Below are positions 16,539 through 27,015 of a stretch of DNA of 64,000 nucleotides, piece by piece. Both the position numbers and the translations under genes were made by a program. The notes below the pieces were generated by a model. The model was not told the DNA's origin, did no database searches, and saw nothing but the letters and a program-made list of their open reading frames with translations. Position 1 is the first letter of the stretch, and each line of letters starts with the position of its first letter. This stretch comes from an uncultured Verrucomicrobiae bacterium (GTDB lineage: Bacteria > Verrucomicrobiota > Verrucomicrobiia > Limisphaerales > UBA11358), in contig CAWACS010000027.1 in assembly GCA_963780535.1 (NCBI GenBank), positions 451 to 64,450 on the forward strand, in the 5' to 3' direction.

Positions 16539-17159
16539 TCAGGCGGCGGGCGGGGCGGTGGGTTTTTTAGCGACGATCACCGTCGCGGCCCGCAACAACC
16601 GGTCGCGCAATTTATAGCCTTTGCGAATTTGCTGGATCACCTGGCCTTCGGGCACGCCGGGGGGGGCTTCCAACTGCGAGACCGCTTCGTGCCACGCCGG
16701 GTCAAAAGCGCGGCCGCTGGCATCCACCTCTTCGAGGCCGGTTTCGGCGAGGATGCCTTTGAGTTGCTGCTGGACCATGGCAATGCCATCGTGCAACGCG
16801 GCCATGCCGCTTTGGGGAGCCGGCGCATTTTGCGCGGCGGCCTGCGCCATTTCAAAGTGGTCGAGCACGGGCAACAGTTTGTTCACCAGCGCGGCGGTGG
16901 CGGCTTGCGCGGCTTCGTGGCGTTCGCGCGCGGCCCGCTTTTTGAAATTTTCAAAATCAGCGGCGGTGCGCAGCAAACGATCCCAATGCTCATCGGCCTT
17001 GGCCGCGCGCGCTTTGAGTTCATTCAACTGCGCCGGTGTAATTTCGTCCGCGGGTGTCTGCGGATCGGGCAATGGCTCCGGGGCGGGGGCGGCCAGGCCC
17101 GCCGGATCGCCGGTGGGAACCGGTTCCGGCTTTTTGGCGTGCAAATCTGCCTTTTTCAT
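16539..17159 (-). CDS. grpE: Nucleotide exchange factor GrpE
   Basis: LRTAADFENFKKR, LLPVLDHFE, FDPAWHEA and KGYKLRDRLLRAATVIV; start taken at the ATG at 17159. Confidence 0.95.
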   Translation of the reverse strand: MKKADLHAKKPEPVPTGDPAGLAAPAPEPLPDPQTPADEITPAQLNELKARAAKADEHWDRLLRTAADFENFKKRAARERHEAAQAATAALVNKLLPVLDHFEMAQAAAQNAPAPQSGMAALHDGIAMVQQQLKGILAETGLEEVDASGRAFDPAWHEAVSQLEAPPGVPEGQVIQQIRKGYKLRDRLLRAATVIVAKKPTAPPAA

Positions 17160-17295
17160 TCTGTCGTGTCGGTACAAAACCGTTCTGAAGCCCTCAAATT
17201 AACCTATTGGCCGGCGCCCGGCAACTGGGATGTGCCGGCGATTGAAACCACGATCAACCCTTTGGCGGCCCCTCCGGCTTTGAAGTCGGGCCCGG

Positions 17296-20200
17296 TCAGT
17301 TGGCCGGGACCAGTTTTTGAAATTCCGGCAGGTTGCGGATCGAATCAAAACGATGGTCTTTGCGCGCTTCGGCCAGCAGGTCGCGCGCCTGGGGGTTTTG
17401 TTTCAGGCGTTTGGCGCTCAGCTCGAGCGAAGTCTGCAGGTCCTGGAGAGATTCACCGGTTTTGCCCAGCGCAATTTTGACGGCGGCAAGGTCATACCAC
17501 GGTTCAGGCTCACCCGGAGCAATGGCAGCCAGTTTTTCCACGGTGCTTTCGAGTTTTGGCAGATTGCCCGTTTGCGCGTAATACTGGGCGATGACACCGA
17601 TTTCGTTTGGGGTAACGTGCGGGTTGGCCAACACCTGGTCGAATAACTCCCCGACGCGATCGGTCTGGTGCATTTGAAAGTAGATGCTGGCGAGGCTGAA
17701 AATATTTTGGAAATTGGACGGGTTGGTGCGCGCCTCATTTTCCATCCGTTGGAGCTCAGTGGTAAATTGAGCCCGGCCCGCCGAGGATTTTTTCATTTCT
17801 GCCAGTTGTTTGATCAGGCCGGCCAGGGAACCGTTATACGGGTCGAAATCGAGACAGGTTTGCGCCAGAATGAGGGCATCGTCAAAACGGCCAAGCATGG
17901 CCAGGAAATTGACGTAACGGTAAACCACTTCGGCGCTGTACGGACAAAAGGCAAACGCCTGTTTGAAGGAAAAATCCGCCTCCCGGATCAGGTTTTGCCG
18001 TTCGGTTTCATTTTGGGGCAGATACTCGGGCGGTGTGGGCACGTTGGCCAAAGCCCCTAGGCGCCACGCATAGAGACCGGCAATGGAGCTGCGCAGCTTG
18101 GAAAATGCCTGTTGCGCGTGATCATCGCGGATGAACTTCTGGCTGCCTTTGAAGCCGCTGGAATCGCGGTGCAGGTAAACTTTTTCCGCGAAGTCGGCGA
18201 TTTGTTTGACGCTGGTATCATAGGTTATCCAGTTTCCGATGAGCCGTCCGGAGTATTGGCTCCAAAACTCGTGGTCTTTCTGGAAAACCTCGGGTGAATA
18301 CGACGGCACCACCTGCCGGTTGATTTTCATGATGACGCCAAAAGGCGTTTCATAGGGGAACATCCAGTCCAGCGGGAAACTTTCCTCCACGTAAAACTCG
18401 TTGGCGGGGTTGTGGTCAAATATGACCTTGCACAGGAGGCCGTTTATTTTCATCACCGCCACCTCGCCGGCCACCTGGATGCTCACCCGGCCATCCGCGT
18501 TGGTCACCGGGGTCACGATTTCGCCCGGCTGCAACTGGCCGATTTGCGCTCGTCGGCCCACGTCATCGGTGTAATCCGAGAAGGCATTCTGCAAATCCGC
18601 CGGCGAGGGTATGTAAATTTCCTTGGGCGGATAGACGCCTTCCTTGCGCCATTGCGCTTCGATCCTCGCGCCGCGGCTCATAAACGGTTTGTCCAGAATG
18701 GAATAAGCGAGGCGCGCCAGGATGTTGGTGGTGTAATTTTCGCTGCGCTCCGCCGGGCCGCGCAACAATTCCTGAAAGAACGGCGGGTCGATTTGTGCGC
18801 TGCGGAAGTATTGCGCGCGGAGGTATTGCAAATAGGTGCCGTCGGCGAGCGCATTTTGCGTGATGAGATACGCATCGCGCCGGTTAAAGCCGGGGTCCAG
18901 GGGCTTGCAACTTGGCGGCATAAAGCTTTCGCAGAAGATCATGTAGGTGGGGACAAAGCGTCCGGGGTCGGTGCCGCCGAACACAATCGCGTTGCGGGCC
19001 ATTTCCGGGTAAATGCCGTAGGGCGGCGTGAACATGTCGTGGCCAAACCAGTAGCCGAACCAGTGGTTGCGTTGTTCACTGTGAGACCAGTGTGTCAGGG
19101 CGGAATAACCGGGAATTGTGAGGAAGGCGATAAGGGCGAGGCGCAAGGGAGCTTTTTGGCGAAACACCCAGACCGACCCGAGAAAAATCAGGGCCATGCC
19201 CAACAACATCAGTGCCGCATAAACCGGCAGGCCATATTGATCCGGACGAAAGGCTTGAACCAGGTTGTGGCAGAAACCGGACAAACCATTCAGGCTGAAC
19301 TGATCCTGGAAAATCGTGGCGAGGGTCAATCCGAAGGAACACAGCACAAACAGGCCGGGGAGACCAAAGGACAACAACCGGTCGTTTTGCAGTTCATTTT
19401 TCCGCAGGACCAGAATCGTGGCGGCCGCGAGAATCCAGCACGCCAATTTCAGGAACCCATAGCGCGCGGCGAGTTCATCGTCCAAATTTCCAATCAGTGT
19501 CTGGCAGTTTGCCGCCACCGTGAACAGCGTAAAATCCAGGGCGCACAGGCCGCCGACCAGCAGCCATTGGCGCATCGCCGCATATTGAGTTGCCATGTAC
19601 GAGAAGGCAATCGTCAAACCGTACCCGACGAACATGGCGATGAACACGTGGCCCAGCGCGAATAGCGGCGCAGCAATTCCGATGGACTGGCGGTCGGGAG
19701 AAAAGTTGAGCAGCAGGACCAGGAACGGTCCCATGCAGATGTAAACGGCCAGCATGCCGATCATCCAAACCCGTTCGCGTCGTCTTAGTTTGCGATAAAT
19801 CAGACAAGGCAACAGGGCGAGCAACAAGAAGAACAGGTTGTATTGCTGGGCCATGCCTTCGAGATAGCGCCAGAGTTGCAGGCCGTAGGTCGCAAAAAAG
19901 CTGCCGGCGATCTGCAAAAAGGTGGTTCCCGTGCCGGCCGTGGGATTGATTGGCGAATACTGGCCGCGGGTGATGGCGTGAACAAAGCCTTCGACGGTGC
20001 GCGGGTAGGCCCACTGCATCGGCGGATCGGTCATGCAGGCGATCGGCTCATAAAAATAGAAAGCCGCACCCAGAATCCACGCCAGACCGCACACCAGGAC
20101 GATGAACCACTCCTTGGAGAGGTGATTGGTCTTTTTGACGAAATAACTAAAAACGCCGCCGGCCGCGATCGTGGCCAACACAATCAAAAACAACCGCTGG

Positions 20201-21186
20201 CCGTTGTTGAAGCTGGGCAGGTAATCCGTGAAGCCCAGAAACAGCAGCCCCAGGCAGCCCAACAGAATGAGCATGGCCGCGTCACGAGCGAATTCGATGC
20301 CGGTCTTTTTGGTTTTGATAACGAGCCAGATCCAGAGCAGCCCCGAGGTGATGCCAATCACGTTGTAAACCACCAGTACGGTCGAATTGTTGATGAGCAC
20401 GGCCGGCTTGACGAAAAATTCAACAACCAGAAAAATCATCGTGTTGCCGAAAAAGAACTCGCGGCCCAGTTTCGGTTCCGCCAGCCACATCAGCACCTGC
20501 ATGCCCATGATGATGGGGAGAAGCGATTGATGGTTGTTGAAGCAAATTCCGTACATGAAAAAGGCGGCATAGAGATAGCGGTGCTGGTGGGGGGCGTAGA
20601 CCCAGCGCAATAGAAAAACCACCACTCCCAAAAGCGAGGCGATGCTCAGAGTGTGTTTGTCAACAATCACCGCCTGACTCCACATGAAGCCGTTAAAGTC
20701 GCTCAATCCCCCCGCGACAAAACCGGAAACAAAGCAAATCGCATTTTCCCAGCGGCGGTTGATGCCTTTGAAGGCGTCAACGCTTTCAATGATCATGCTG
20801 CTGCTGCGCGAGACGACAAAGGCGAGCAATCCGGCCGCGATGGCGCCGGCAAAGGCGTTGCCCAGTTCGACGCGCCACGCGATGCTGCCAAAGGAAAGGT
20901 GCGTCCACAACCAGGTGTAGAGGGTCCAGATGGGATAGCCCGGGGCATGGGGAATGCCGGCATACAATGAAGCCGTGGCCATCTCCCCGGAATCCTCCAG
21001 CGTCACGTCCGGCGCCAGCGTCAGAAAGAACACGATGAAAACGACGAGGGCGGAGACGCCAAATGCCAGCCAGTCCACCGGCCGAAACAGCGGGGGCACC
21101 GGCGGCGGTGGTGCGGTGACCGGGCGGGGAACGACCTTGGGCGGTGATGGCTTGGCGTTTTGGTTTTTACGTTTGTCGGCGCTCAT
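17296..21186 (-). CDS. DUF2723 (TMEM260-like GT-C) multi-pass membrane protein with C-terminal TPRs
   Basis: TLAPDVTLEDSGE..GIPHAPGYP motif, many transmembrane helices, GGTDPGRF and a TPR-like tail (PEPWYDLAA). Confidence 0.82.
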   Translation of the reverse strand: MSADKRKNQNAKPSPPKVVPRPVTAPPPPVPPLFRPVDWLAFGVSALVVFIVFFLTLAPDVTLEDSGEMATASLYAGIPHAPGYPIWTLYTWLWTHLSFGSIAWRVELGNAFAGAIAAGLLAFVVSRSSSMIIESVDAFKGINRRWENAICFVSGFVAGGLSDFNGFMWSQAVIVDKHTLSIASLLGVVVFLLRWVYAPHQHRYLYAAFFMYGICFNNHQSLLPIIMGMQVLMWLAEPKLGREFFFGNTMIFLVVEFFVKPAVLINNSTVLVVYNVIGITSGLLWIWLVIKTKKTGIEFARDAAMLILLGCLGLLFLGFTDYLPSFNNGQRLFLIVLATIAAGGVFSYFVKKTNHLSKEWFIVLVCGLAWILGAAFYFYEPIACMTDPPMQWAYPRTVEGFVHAITRGQYSPINPTAGTGTTFLQIAGSFFATYGLQLWRYLEGMAQQYNLFFLLLALLPCLIYRKLRRRERVWMIGMLAVYICMGPFLVLLLNFSPDRQSIGIAAPLFALGHVFIAMFVGYGLTIAFSYMATQYAAMRQWLLVGGLCALDFTLFTVAANCQTLIGNLDDELAARYGFLKLACWILAAATILVLRKNELQNDRLLSFGLPGLFVLCSFGLTLATIFQDQFSLNGLSGFCHNLVQAFRPDQYGLPVYAALMLLGMALIFLGSVWVFRQKAPLRLALIAFLTIPGYSALTHWSHSEQRNHWFGYWFGHDMFTPPYGIYPEMARNAIVFGGTDPGRFVPTYMIFCESFMPPSCKPLDPGFNRRDAYLITQNALADGTYLQYLRAQYFRSAQIDPPFFQELLRGPAERSENYTTNILARLAYSILDKPFMSRGARIEAQWRKEGVYPPKEIYIPSPADLQNAFSDYTDDVGRRAQIGQLQPGEIVTPVTNADGRVSIQVAGEVAVMKINGLLCKVIFDHNPANEFYVEESFPLDWMFPYETPFGVIMKINRQVVPSYSPEVFQKDHEFWSQYSGRLIGNWITYDTSVKQIADFAEKVYLHRDSSGFKGSQKFIRDDHAQQAFSKLRSSIAGLYAWRLGALANVPTPPEYLPQNETERQNLIREADFSFKQAFAFCPYSAEVVYRYVNFLAMLGRFDDALILAQTCLDFDPYNGSLAGLIKQLAEMKKSSAGRAQFTTELQRMENEARTNPSNFQNIFSLASIYFQMHQTDRVGELFDQVLANPHVTPNEIGVIAQYYAQTGNLPKLESTVEKLAAIAPGEPEPWYDLAAVKIALGKTGESLQDLQTSLELSAKRLKQNPQARDLLAEARKDHRFDSIRNLPEFQKLVPAN

Positions 21187-21204
21187 TGATAAAATAGATC
21201 GTAA

Positions 21205-21585
21205 TCAGTTTATCCGGTTTCGCGGAAAAGAGGTAATACTAGAGGTTGAACCGCTGCGGTTTGTCCAATCAAAAATGATGGAGGGGAGGTAGTTTTGCCC
21301 TTTCCACGAGGAATTTGGCTCGGACACCTGGAAACCTTGGTTGCCCAACATTGTGGTTACCCTGGGTGCGACCGGGTAAAGGCGTCCGGAAGTGGCATTT
21401 CCTGAATCCAGAATCGAGAACGTGAGCAGGGCGCAGGCAGTGGCCGGCAGCAGCCAGCCCACGAACCACGCCATTTTGGGGGCGAGGCTGGTGGGGGTGG
21501 CAAAAAGCCGCCGCTTAAGCGCCGCCGACGGGTGGCGCGGTTGCCAGGAGTGCAACTGTGCCTCCCGTGAGTTCATCTCTTTCAT
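21205..21585 (-). CDS. Small membrane protein, possible anti-sigma partner
   Basis: Overlaps the end of the ECF sigma gene; LxSWxPRxPS motif plus one hydrophobic helix. Confidence 0.5.
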   Translation of the reverse strand: MKEMNSREAQLHSWQPRHPSAALKRRLFATPTSLAPKMAWFVGWLLPATACALLTFSILDSGNATSGRLYPVAPRVTTMLGNQGFQVSEPNSSWKGQNYLPSIIFDWTNRSGSTSSITSFPRNRIN

Positions 21586-22066
21586 AAACGACCCCTTCCA
21601 GTTGGAGTTTTATCTTTTGCAGACCGTAACGGTACCGGCCGGCGGCCGTATTCGGTGAAATATCCAGCAACCCGCCGATTTCGTCGAAGGTGCACCGGTG
21701 CCAGATTTTCAGGACAATGACTTCGCGTTGTTCCATCGGCAGCGTGGCGAGACATTCCATGGCGGCGCGCTCAGCCGGGCCTTCCGAGGATGATTTCTCA
21801 AACCATCGCCGCGCCTCCCATTCGCGTGTCAGCCGCCGCCACAACGAGCGCCGGTAATTCAACGCCCGGTTTCTGAAACTGCGCACGCAATAATGTTCCG
21901 GCTTGAGGGGAACCTGCGGCTTTTGCATCAGGGCCAGGAAGGTCTCCTGTAACACATCCTCCGCCTCGCCGTGGCTCAAACCCAGTGCCCGGCCATAAAG
22001 TATCAATTCAGCGGCTTTGCTCTCGTAAAGCCGCAGAGACCAGTTGAATTCCATTTCACAGCTCAC
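21515..22066 (-). CDS. ECF RNA polymerase sigma-70 factor
   Basis: AEDVLQETF (region 2); LPMEQREVIVLKIW..TFDEIG..ISPNTAAGRYRYG (region 4). Confidence 0.9.
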   Translation of the reverse strand: MSCEMEFNWSLRLYESKAAELILYGRALGLSHGEAEDVLQETFLALMQKPQVPLKPEHYCVRSFRNRALNYRRSLWRRLTREWEARRWFEKSSSEGPAERAAMECLATLPMEQREVIVLKIWHRCTFDEIGGLLDISPNTAAGRYRYGLQKIKLQLEGVVYERDELTGGTVALLATAPPVGGA

Positions 22067-22290
22067 CGTTTTACCTTATAGACACCAAACGGGTATCATT
22101 TGTATAAGTTTTGCGGTTATTTTTTGCAGGTGACAAGGTATCCGGTCATTGGAAGGCAATGGCGTTGGTTTGTCCATCAAAAAGCGTGTATCCCGCGGCC
22201 GGCGCGGGACGCCGGGATTCGTTCAACCGGTTTTATTTTTTCCCTTTTGACCGGCGCCGGCTTCATGCAGCATGAGGGCCGGATTTGACA

Positions 22291-23067
22291 ATGTATTGCG
22301 GCAAGAAAATCATTGTGGTCATGCCGGCTTATAACGCGGCGCAAACGCTGTCTCAAACCTGCCGGGAGGTGCGCGAGCAGGGCATGGTGGACGAGATCAT
22401 TCTGGTCGATGACCGCAGCCGTGATGATACCGTGGCGGTGGCGCGTTCGCTCGAAGGCGTGCGCGTGTACGAGCACGAAGTCAACCGGGGGTATGGTGGC
22501 AATCAGAAAACGTGTTATCAACTCGCCCTGGCGTCGGGGGCGGACATTGTGGTCATGCTTCACCCGGATTACCAATACACACCGAAGCTGCTGCCGGCCA
22601 TGGCGTCCATCATTGCCAAGGGGTTGCATCCCTGCGTGCTGGGCAGCCGGATCCTGGGCGGTTATGCGCTCAGAGGCGGCATGCCCTGGTGGAAGTATGT
22701 TTCAAACCGTTTCCTGACCCTGGCGGAAAATATTCTGCTGGGTGCGAAACTTTCGGAATATCACACCGGTTATCGCGCGTTTTCACGCGAAATTCTGGAG
22801 ACGCTCGATTTGACAAAAAATTCCGACGATTTTGTCTTCGACAATCAGATGCTCGCTCAGATTCTCTGGCACGGGTTCACGATTGCCGAGGTGAGCTGTC
22901 CCACAAAGTATTTTGCCGGGGCTTCTTCGATCAATTTCCGCCGCAGTCTCAAATATGGTTGGGAATGTCTTGGCGTCGGACTTCAATTCCGGCTGGCGAA
23001 AATGGGCTGGCGGCGCTCGGGGCTGTTCAATTCAAAGCCGCGGCCAGGCGCGATTTTTTCCGATTGA
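22291..23067 (+). CDS. Glycosyltransferase family 2 (DPM1-like)
   Basis: VVMPAYNA, LVDDRSRD, NRGYGGNQK, HPDYQY and HTGYRAF. Confidence 0.9.
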   Translation: MYCGKKIIVVMPAYNAAQTLSQTCREVREQGMVDEIILVDDRSRDDTVAVARSLEGVRVYEHEVNRGYGGNQKTCYQLALASGADIVVMLHPDYQYTPKLLPAMASIIAKGLHPCVLGSRILGGYALRGGMPWWKYVSNRFLTLAENILLGAKLSEYHTGYRAFSREILETLDLTKNSDDFVFDNQMLAQILWHGFTIAEVSCPTKYFAGASSINFRRSLKYGWECLGVGLQFRLAKMGWRRSGLFNSKPRPGAIFSD

Positions 23068-23281
23068 CGGCCGGGCGTGGCACCGCGCCGGCCTTGGCGG
23101 CCTTGTCGAACGCGGAGTGGAGGCCGGGCAGAAATTTGGCGGCTTCGTCCTTTTTGCCGGCGGCGAGCAGCACGCGGAAATCCCTTTCCAGCCGCCGCAG
23201 GCGCGATTTGACACTGCGATTGTGCTGGTGTTTGCGTTCACTGGAGCGCATCCGTCGTTCGGCTGACTTCGTATTGGGCAT
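23027..23281 (-). CDS. rpsT: 30S ribosomal protein S20
   Basis: MPNTKSAERRMR...HNRSVKSRLR...DKAAK.G....RKKSRL. Confidence 0.95.
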   Translation of the reverse strand: MPNTKSAERRMRSSERKHQHNRSVKSRLRRLERDFRVLLAAGKKDEAAKFLPGLHSAFDKAAKAGAVPRPAVNRKKSRLAAALN

Positions 23282-23454
23282 AAATCGAGTTTTTCGTTTT
23301 GCTTGAAAGCGGTCAACTCTAGGCAAACGGGCCGTCATGTCAACGAGAATCCGCTTTTTACGGCTTTATCCGCTTAACTTTGGCACGTTTATTGTTACGA
23401 AAAGTGTGCAATGTTTGTCCAATTTGAGGTTGCAACCGCAGGGTAAATGGAAAA

Positions 23455-26400
23455 ATGAGTAAACCATTGCGCATTCTTCATCTTGAAGACGACCCGGATT
23501 TCGCCGAATTGGTCCGGACACTTCTTCAACAGGATGATCTGGACGCCGAACTAAAACGTGTGGTCAGCCGCGAGGAATTTGAGGCGGCCCTGGGCTGCGA
23601 GGAATTTGACGTCATCCTGTCGGATTTCCGGCTGCCCCGCTTCACGGGTTTGGAGGCGTTGGCGTTTGTCCGCAAGGAATATCCCGACGCGCCGTTCATT
23701 CTCCTGTCCGGCACCATTGGCGAGCACGCCGCCATCGACAGTCTCAAGGCCGGCGCGACCGATTACGTGCTCAAGCACAATCCGGACCGGCTGGCCTCAG
23801 CGGTCCGCCGCGCCGCGCAGGAAGCCGTGGAACGCGCCAAACGGCGACAGGTGGAGACGGAATTGGTCCGCCGGGAAAAATATTTTCGCACGCTCACGGA
23901 AAATTCGCTGGATATTCTTTGCATTTTGAGCCGGGAAGGACAATTCCTTTACACCAGTCCGTCAATCGAACGGGTCCTGGGGCTCAGCCCTGAGGAATTG
24001 CACGGGACGGACTCCTTCAGGCGCGTGCATCCCGAGGATCTGGCGTTGGTGCGCGGGACGTTGCAGGAGGCGATCGACAATCCCGACCGCACGGCCAAGG
24101 TCCAATTTCGTTATCAACAAAAGGATGGGGCGTGGAAGCGGATGGAACTCATCGGCCAGAACCGGCTGGGTGATCCGGACATCGGCGGCCTGGTCACCAA
24201 TTGGCGGGATGTGACCGATCGTTGGCACGCGGAGGAGGAGTTGCGCCGAAGTGAAAAACAATATCGCCTGCTGTTCCAGGACAACCCCAATCCCATGTGG
24301 GTGTTTGACCTTGAGACCCTTGCGTTTCTCGAGGTCAATGAAAGCGCCATCCTGCATTACGGGTACGCGCGGGAAGAATTTCTGGCGATGAAAATGTCGG
24401 ATCTGAGGCTGGTGGAAGGGGGCGGCCGTCCAACCGGGGTCAACTTGACCGATGCCGAGAGCGGCCGGGTTTGGAAACACCGGCGAAAAGACGGGACCAT
24501 TGTTGACGTGGAAGTGGTCTGGGGTCCGATGGTTTTTCACAGTCGTTTTGCGGCGTTGACCATGGTCACGGATGTGACGGAACGCCGCCGCAACGAACAT
24601 CGCAACCAGGTGTTTTCAAAACTCAGCCACCGGCTCAGTGCGGCCACCACGGCCGTTGAAGCGGCGACGATTATCTGTGAAGCGTCCGATGCGCTGTTTG
24701 CCTGGGATGACTTCGCGCTGGATCTGTATTCCGCGGAAAAGGACGAGGTATTTTCCCTGCTCAACATCACCACCGTGGACCAGCAGCGGGTGAAGATTCC
24801 CGAATCAGCCCAATCCAAAAGTGCCAACACCCTCATCCGGCGTGTCATCGGCAAGGGAGCGGAATTGGTGCGCACCCCGGGGCCCAAGGGCCATGCCACG
24901 GATGCCATGCTCGTGCCCGTGCGCAAGGGCAGCCGGGTCATTGGCGTGCTCTTCGTCCAAAGTCGCCTGGCCGATGCTTACACCGAGCAGGATTTGGAAA
25001 CGCTCCAGACGCTGGCGGATCAATGCAGCGGCGCGCTGGAACGGGTTCATGCCGAGGGCGCCTTGCGCGAAAGCCAGCAGCGTTTCCGCGATCTCTTTGA
25101 AAACTCACCCGACGCCATTTTTGTTGCAGACCTGAACGGCACCGTGCTGGATGTGAATCTGGCCAGTTGCCTGCTGCATGGCCTGGTCCGGGAACAACTG
25201 ACGGACAAGAATATTTTCACCGACCTGGTGCCGGTGGCGCGTCGGGAACAGGCCCGACAGGATTTTGAAAAAATGGCCGGTGGCAAATGGTCGCAGATCG
25301 AGAGTGAAATCCTGACGGTCGAAGGGCGGGTGACCCCGGTGGAGGTTCGCGCCAGCCGCATCGAATATGGAGGCCGGCCGGCTGTGTTGCTGCATGTGCG
25401 CGACATCACCGAACGCCATGAATCCGAGGCTGCCTTGCAAAGCTCGGAAACGCTCTTTCGCTCCGTCTGGCAAAATTCCGTGACCGGCTTGCGGCTGGTC
25501 AATGAGGCGGGAACGATTGTGGCCGTCAACGATGCGTTTTGCAGCCTGGTGGGCATGGAAGCCCGGGCGTTGGAAGGCCAGCCGTTTACGGTGATTTACG
25601 CCGCGTCCGAGGATCAGAAGGAAAGGCTGAATCAACACCGCGAGGCCTTTCTGGTCCGCAGTGCCCAACGCCAACCCGAACGCCAGTACGTGTTGCAGAA
25701 TGGGAAGGCCGTGACCCTGGAAATCATCGACTCGTTCATCCAGCTCCGCGAAAGGCCGTTGCTGATGTTAAGCCTGTTTCGTGACGTCACGATGCAACGG
25801 CAACTGGAGGAACAATTGCGGCAATCACAAAAGATGGAAGCCATCGGCCAGCTCGCCGGAGGTGTCGCCCATGATTTCAACAACATTCTCACCGTCATCC
25901 AGGGACACGCCTCATTGCTCTCGGCGGCCAATCTGAGCGAGTCGGCTGGAAAATCGGCTGAACAAATCGTTCAAGCCTCCGAACGCGCCGCCCGGTTGAC
26001 GCGGCAATTGCTGACCTTCAGCCGCCGCCAGATCATTCAGCCCAGGCAGTTGGATATGAACAAGGTTGTGGGAAACATGACGAACATGCTCGGCCGGCTT
26101 CTGGGCGAGGACGTGTCGTTGCAGCTGAATTACTGCTCGTCACCGCCGATGGTGGAGGCCGACGCGGGCATGATGGAACAGGTGCTGTTAAACCTCGCGG
26201 TCAATGCCCGCGACGCCATGCCCAAAGGGGGCCAGCTCGCCATTCGCATTGCGATTGTGGACGCGGCCGAAGCCCTGGCTCGGGGACACTCTGAAGCCCG
26301 GGCGGGACGGTTTGTTTGTCTGAGCGTCACGGACACCGGCATGGGCATCACCCCGGAAAATGTGTGCCGGATTTTCGAGCCCTTTTTCACCACCAAGGAG

Positions 26401-26961
26401 ATCGGCAAAGGCACCGGCCTGGGACTGGCCACGGCCTACGGCATCGTGAAACAGCACCAGGGCTGGATTGAAGTGGACAGCCAGGTTGAGAAGGGTACGA
26501 CATTTCGAATTTATCTACCGTACAAGGGGGCGGGACCGGGTGTGCCGGAAAAGCCCGCCACCCAAATCGCCGTGCGGGGTGGAAACGAGACCATTTTGCT
26601 GGTTGAAGACGAAGCGCCCGTGTGCGCGTTGGTCTCGCGTGTGCTGGGCAAGTACGGGTACAAGGTGTTGCCGGCGAACAACGCCGTTGAGGCCATGGAA
26701 GTCTGGCGGGACCAAAAGGATGGAATCGCCCTGTTGCTAACGGATCTGGTCATGCCCAGCCACATGAACGGCCGCGAGCTGGCTGAAAAATTGTGGGCCG
26801 AACAGCCGAAGCTCAAAGTCATTTTCACCAGCGGTTACAGTGCCGATATTGTGGGCAAGGATTTCAAACTGGAGCCGGAGTTGAATTTTCTGCAAAAGCC
26901 CTACCACCCGCAAACCCTGGCTGCGACGGTGCGCCGTTGTCTCGATGGCAAACACCATTGA
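23455..26961 (+). CDS. Hybrid sensor histidine kinase (REC-PAS-PAS-GAF-PAS-PAS-HisKA-HATPase-REC)
   Basis: N-terminal receiver (LEDD..SD), PAS repeats, H-box GGVAHDFNN, NLAVNARDAM, FEPFFTTK..GTGLGL and a C-terminal receiver. Confidence 0.93.
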   Translation: MSKPLRILHLEDDPDFAELVRTLLQQDDLDAELKRVVSREEFEAALGCEEFDVILSDFRLPRFTGLEALAFVRKEYPDAPFILLSGTIGEHAAIDSLKAGATDYVLKHNPDRLASAVRRAAQEAVERAKRRQVETELVRREKYFRTLTENSLDILCILSREGQFLYTSPSIERVLGLSPEELHGTDSFRRVHPEDLALVRGTLQEAIDNPDRTAKVQFRYQQKDGAWKRMELIGQNRLGDPDIGGLVTNWRDVTDRWHAEEELRRSEKQYRLLFQDNPNPMWVFDLETLAFLEVNESAILHYGYAREEFLAMKMSDLRLVEGGGRPTGVNLTDAESGRVWKHRRKDGTIVDVEVVWGPMVFHSRFAALTMVTDVTERRRNEHRNQVFSKLSHRLSAATTAVEAATIICEASDALFAWDDFALDLYSAEKDEVFSLLNITTVDQQRVKIPESAQSKSANTLIRRVIGKGAELVRTPGPKGHATDAMLVPVRKGSRVIGVLFVQSRLADAYTEQDLETLQTLADQCSGALERVHAEGALRESQQRFRDLFENSPDAIFVADLNGTVLDVNLASCLLHGLVREQLTDKNIFTDLVPVARREQARQDFEKMAGGKWSQIESEILTVEGRVTPVEVRASRIEYGGRPAVLLHVRDITERHESEAALQSSETLFRSVWQNSVTGLRLVNEAGTIVAVNDAFCSLVGMEARALEGQPFTVIYAASEDQKERLNQHREAFLVRSAQRQPERQYVLQNGKAVTLEIIDSFIQLRERPLLMLSLFRDVTMQRQLEEQLRQSQKMEAIGQLAGGVAHDFNNILTVIQGHASLLSAANLSESAGKSAEQIVQASERAARLTRQLLTFSRRQIIQPRQLDMNKVVGNMTNMLGRLLGEDVSLQLNYCSSPPMVEADAGMMEQVLLNLAVNARDAMPKGGQLAIRIAIVDAAEALARGHSEARAGRFVCLSVTDTGMGITPENVCRIFEPFFTTKEIGKGTGLGLATAYGIVKQHQGWIEVDSQVEKGTTFRIYLPYKGAGPGVPEKPATQIAVRGGNETILLVEDEAPVCALVSRVLGKYGYKVLPANNAVEAMEVWRDQKDGIALLLTDLVMPSHMNGRELAEKLWAEQPKLKVIFTSGYSADIVGKDFKLEPELNFLQKPYHPQTLAATVRRCLDGKHH

Positions 26962-27015
26962 ACTGCGCCATCTTCCAACTTTTCTTTCCGGCGCCGTTTC
27001 GCTTAAACTCCGCGC

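Noticed and set aside
15897-17480. Long antisense ORFs (527 aa here; also 4891-6156, 6549-7652 and 18412-19665)
   Set aside because: Shadow frames opposite well-conserved genes, as expected from high-GC codon bias.
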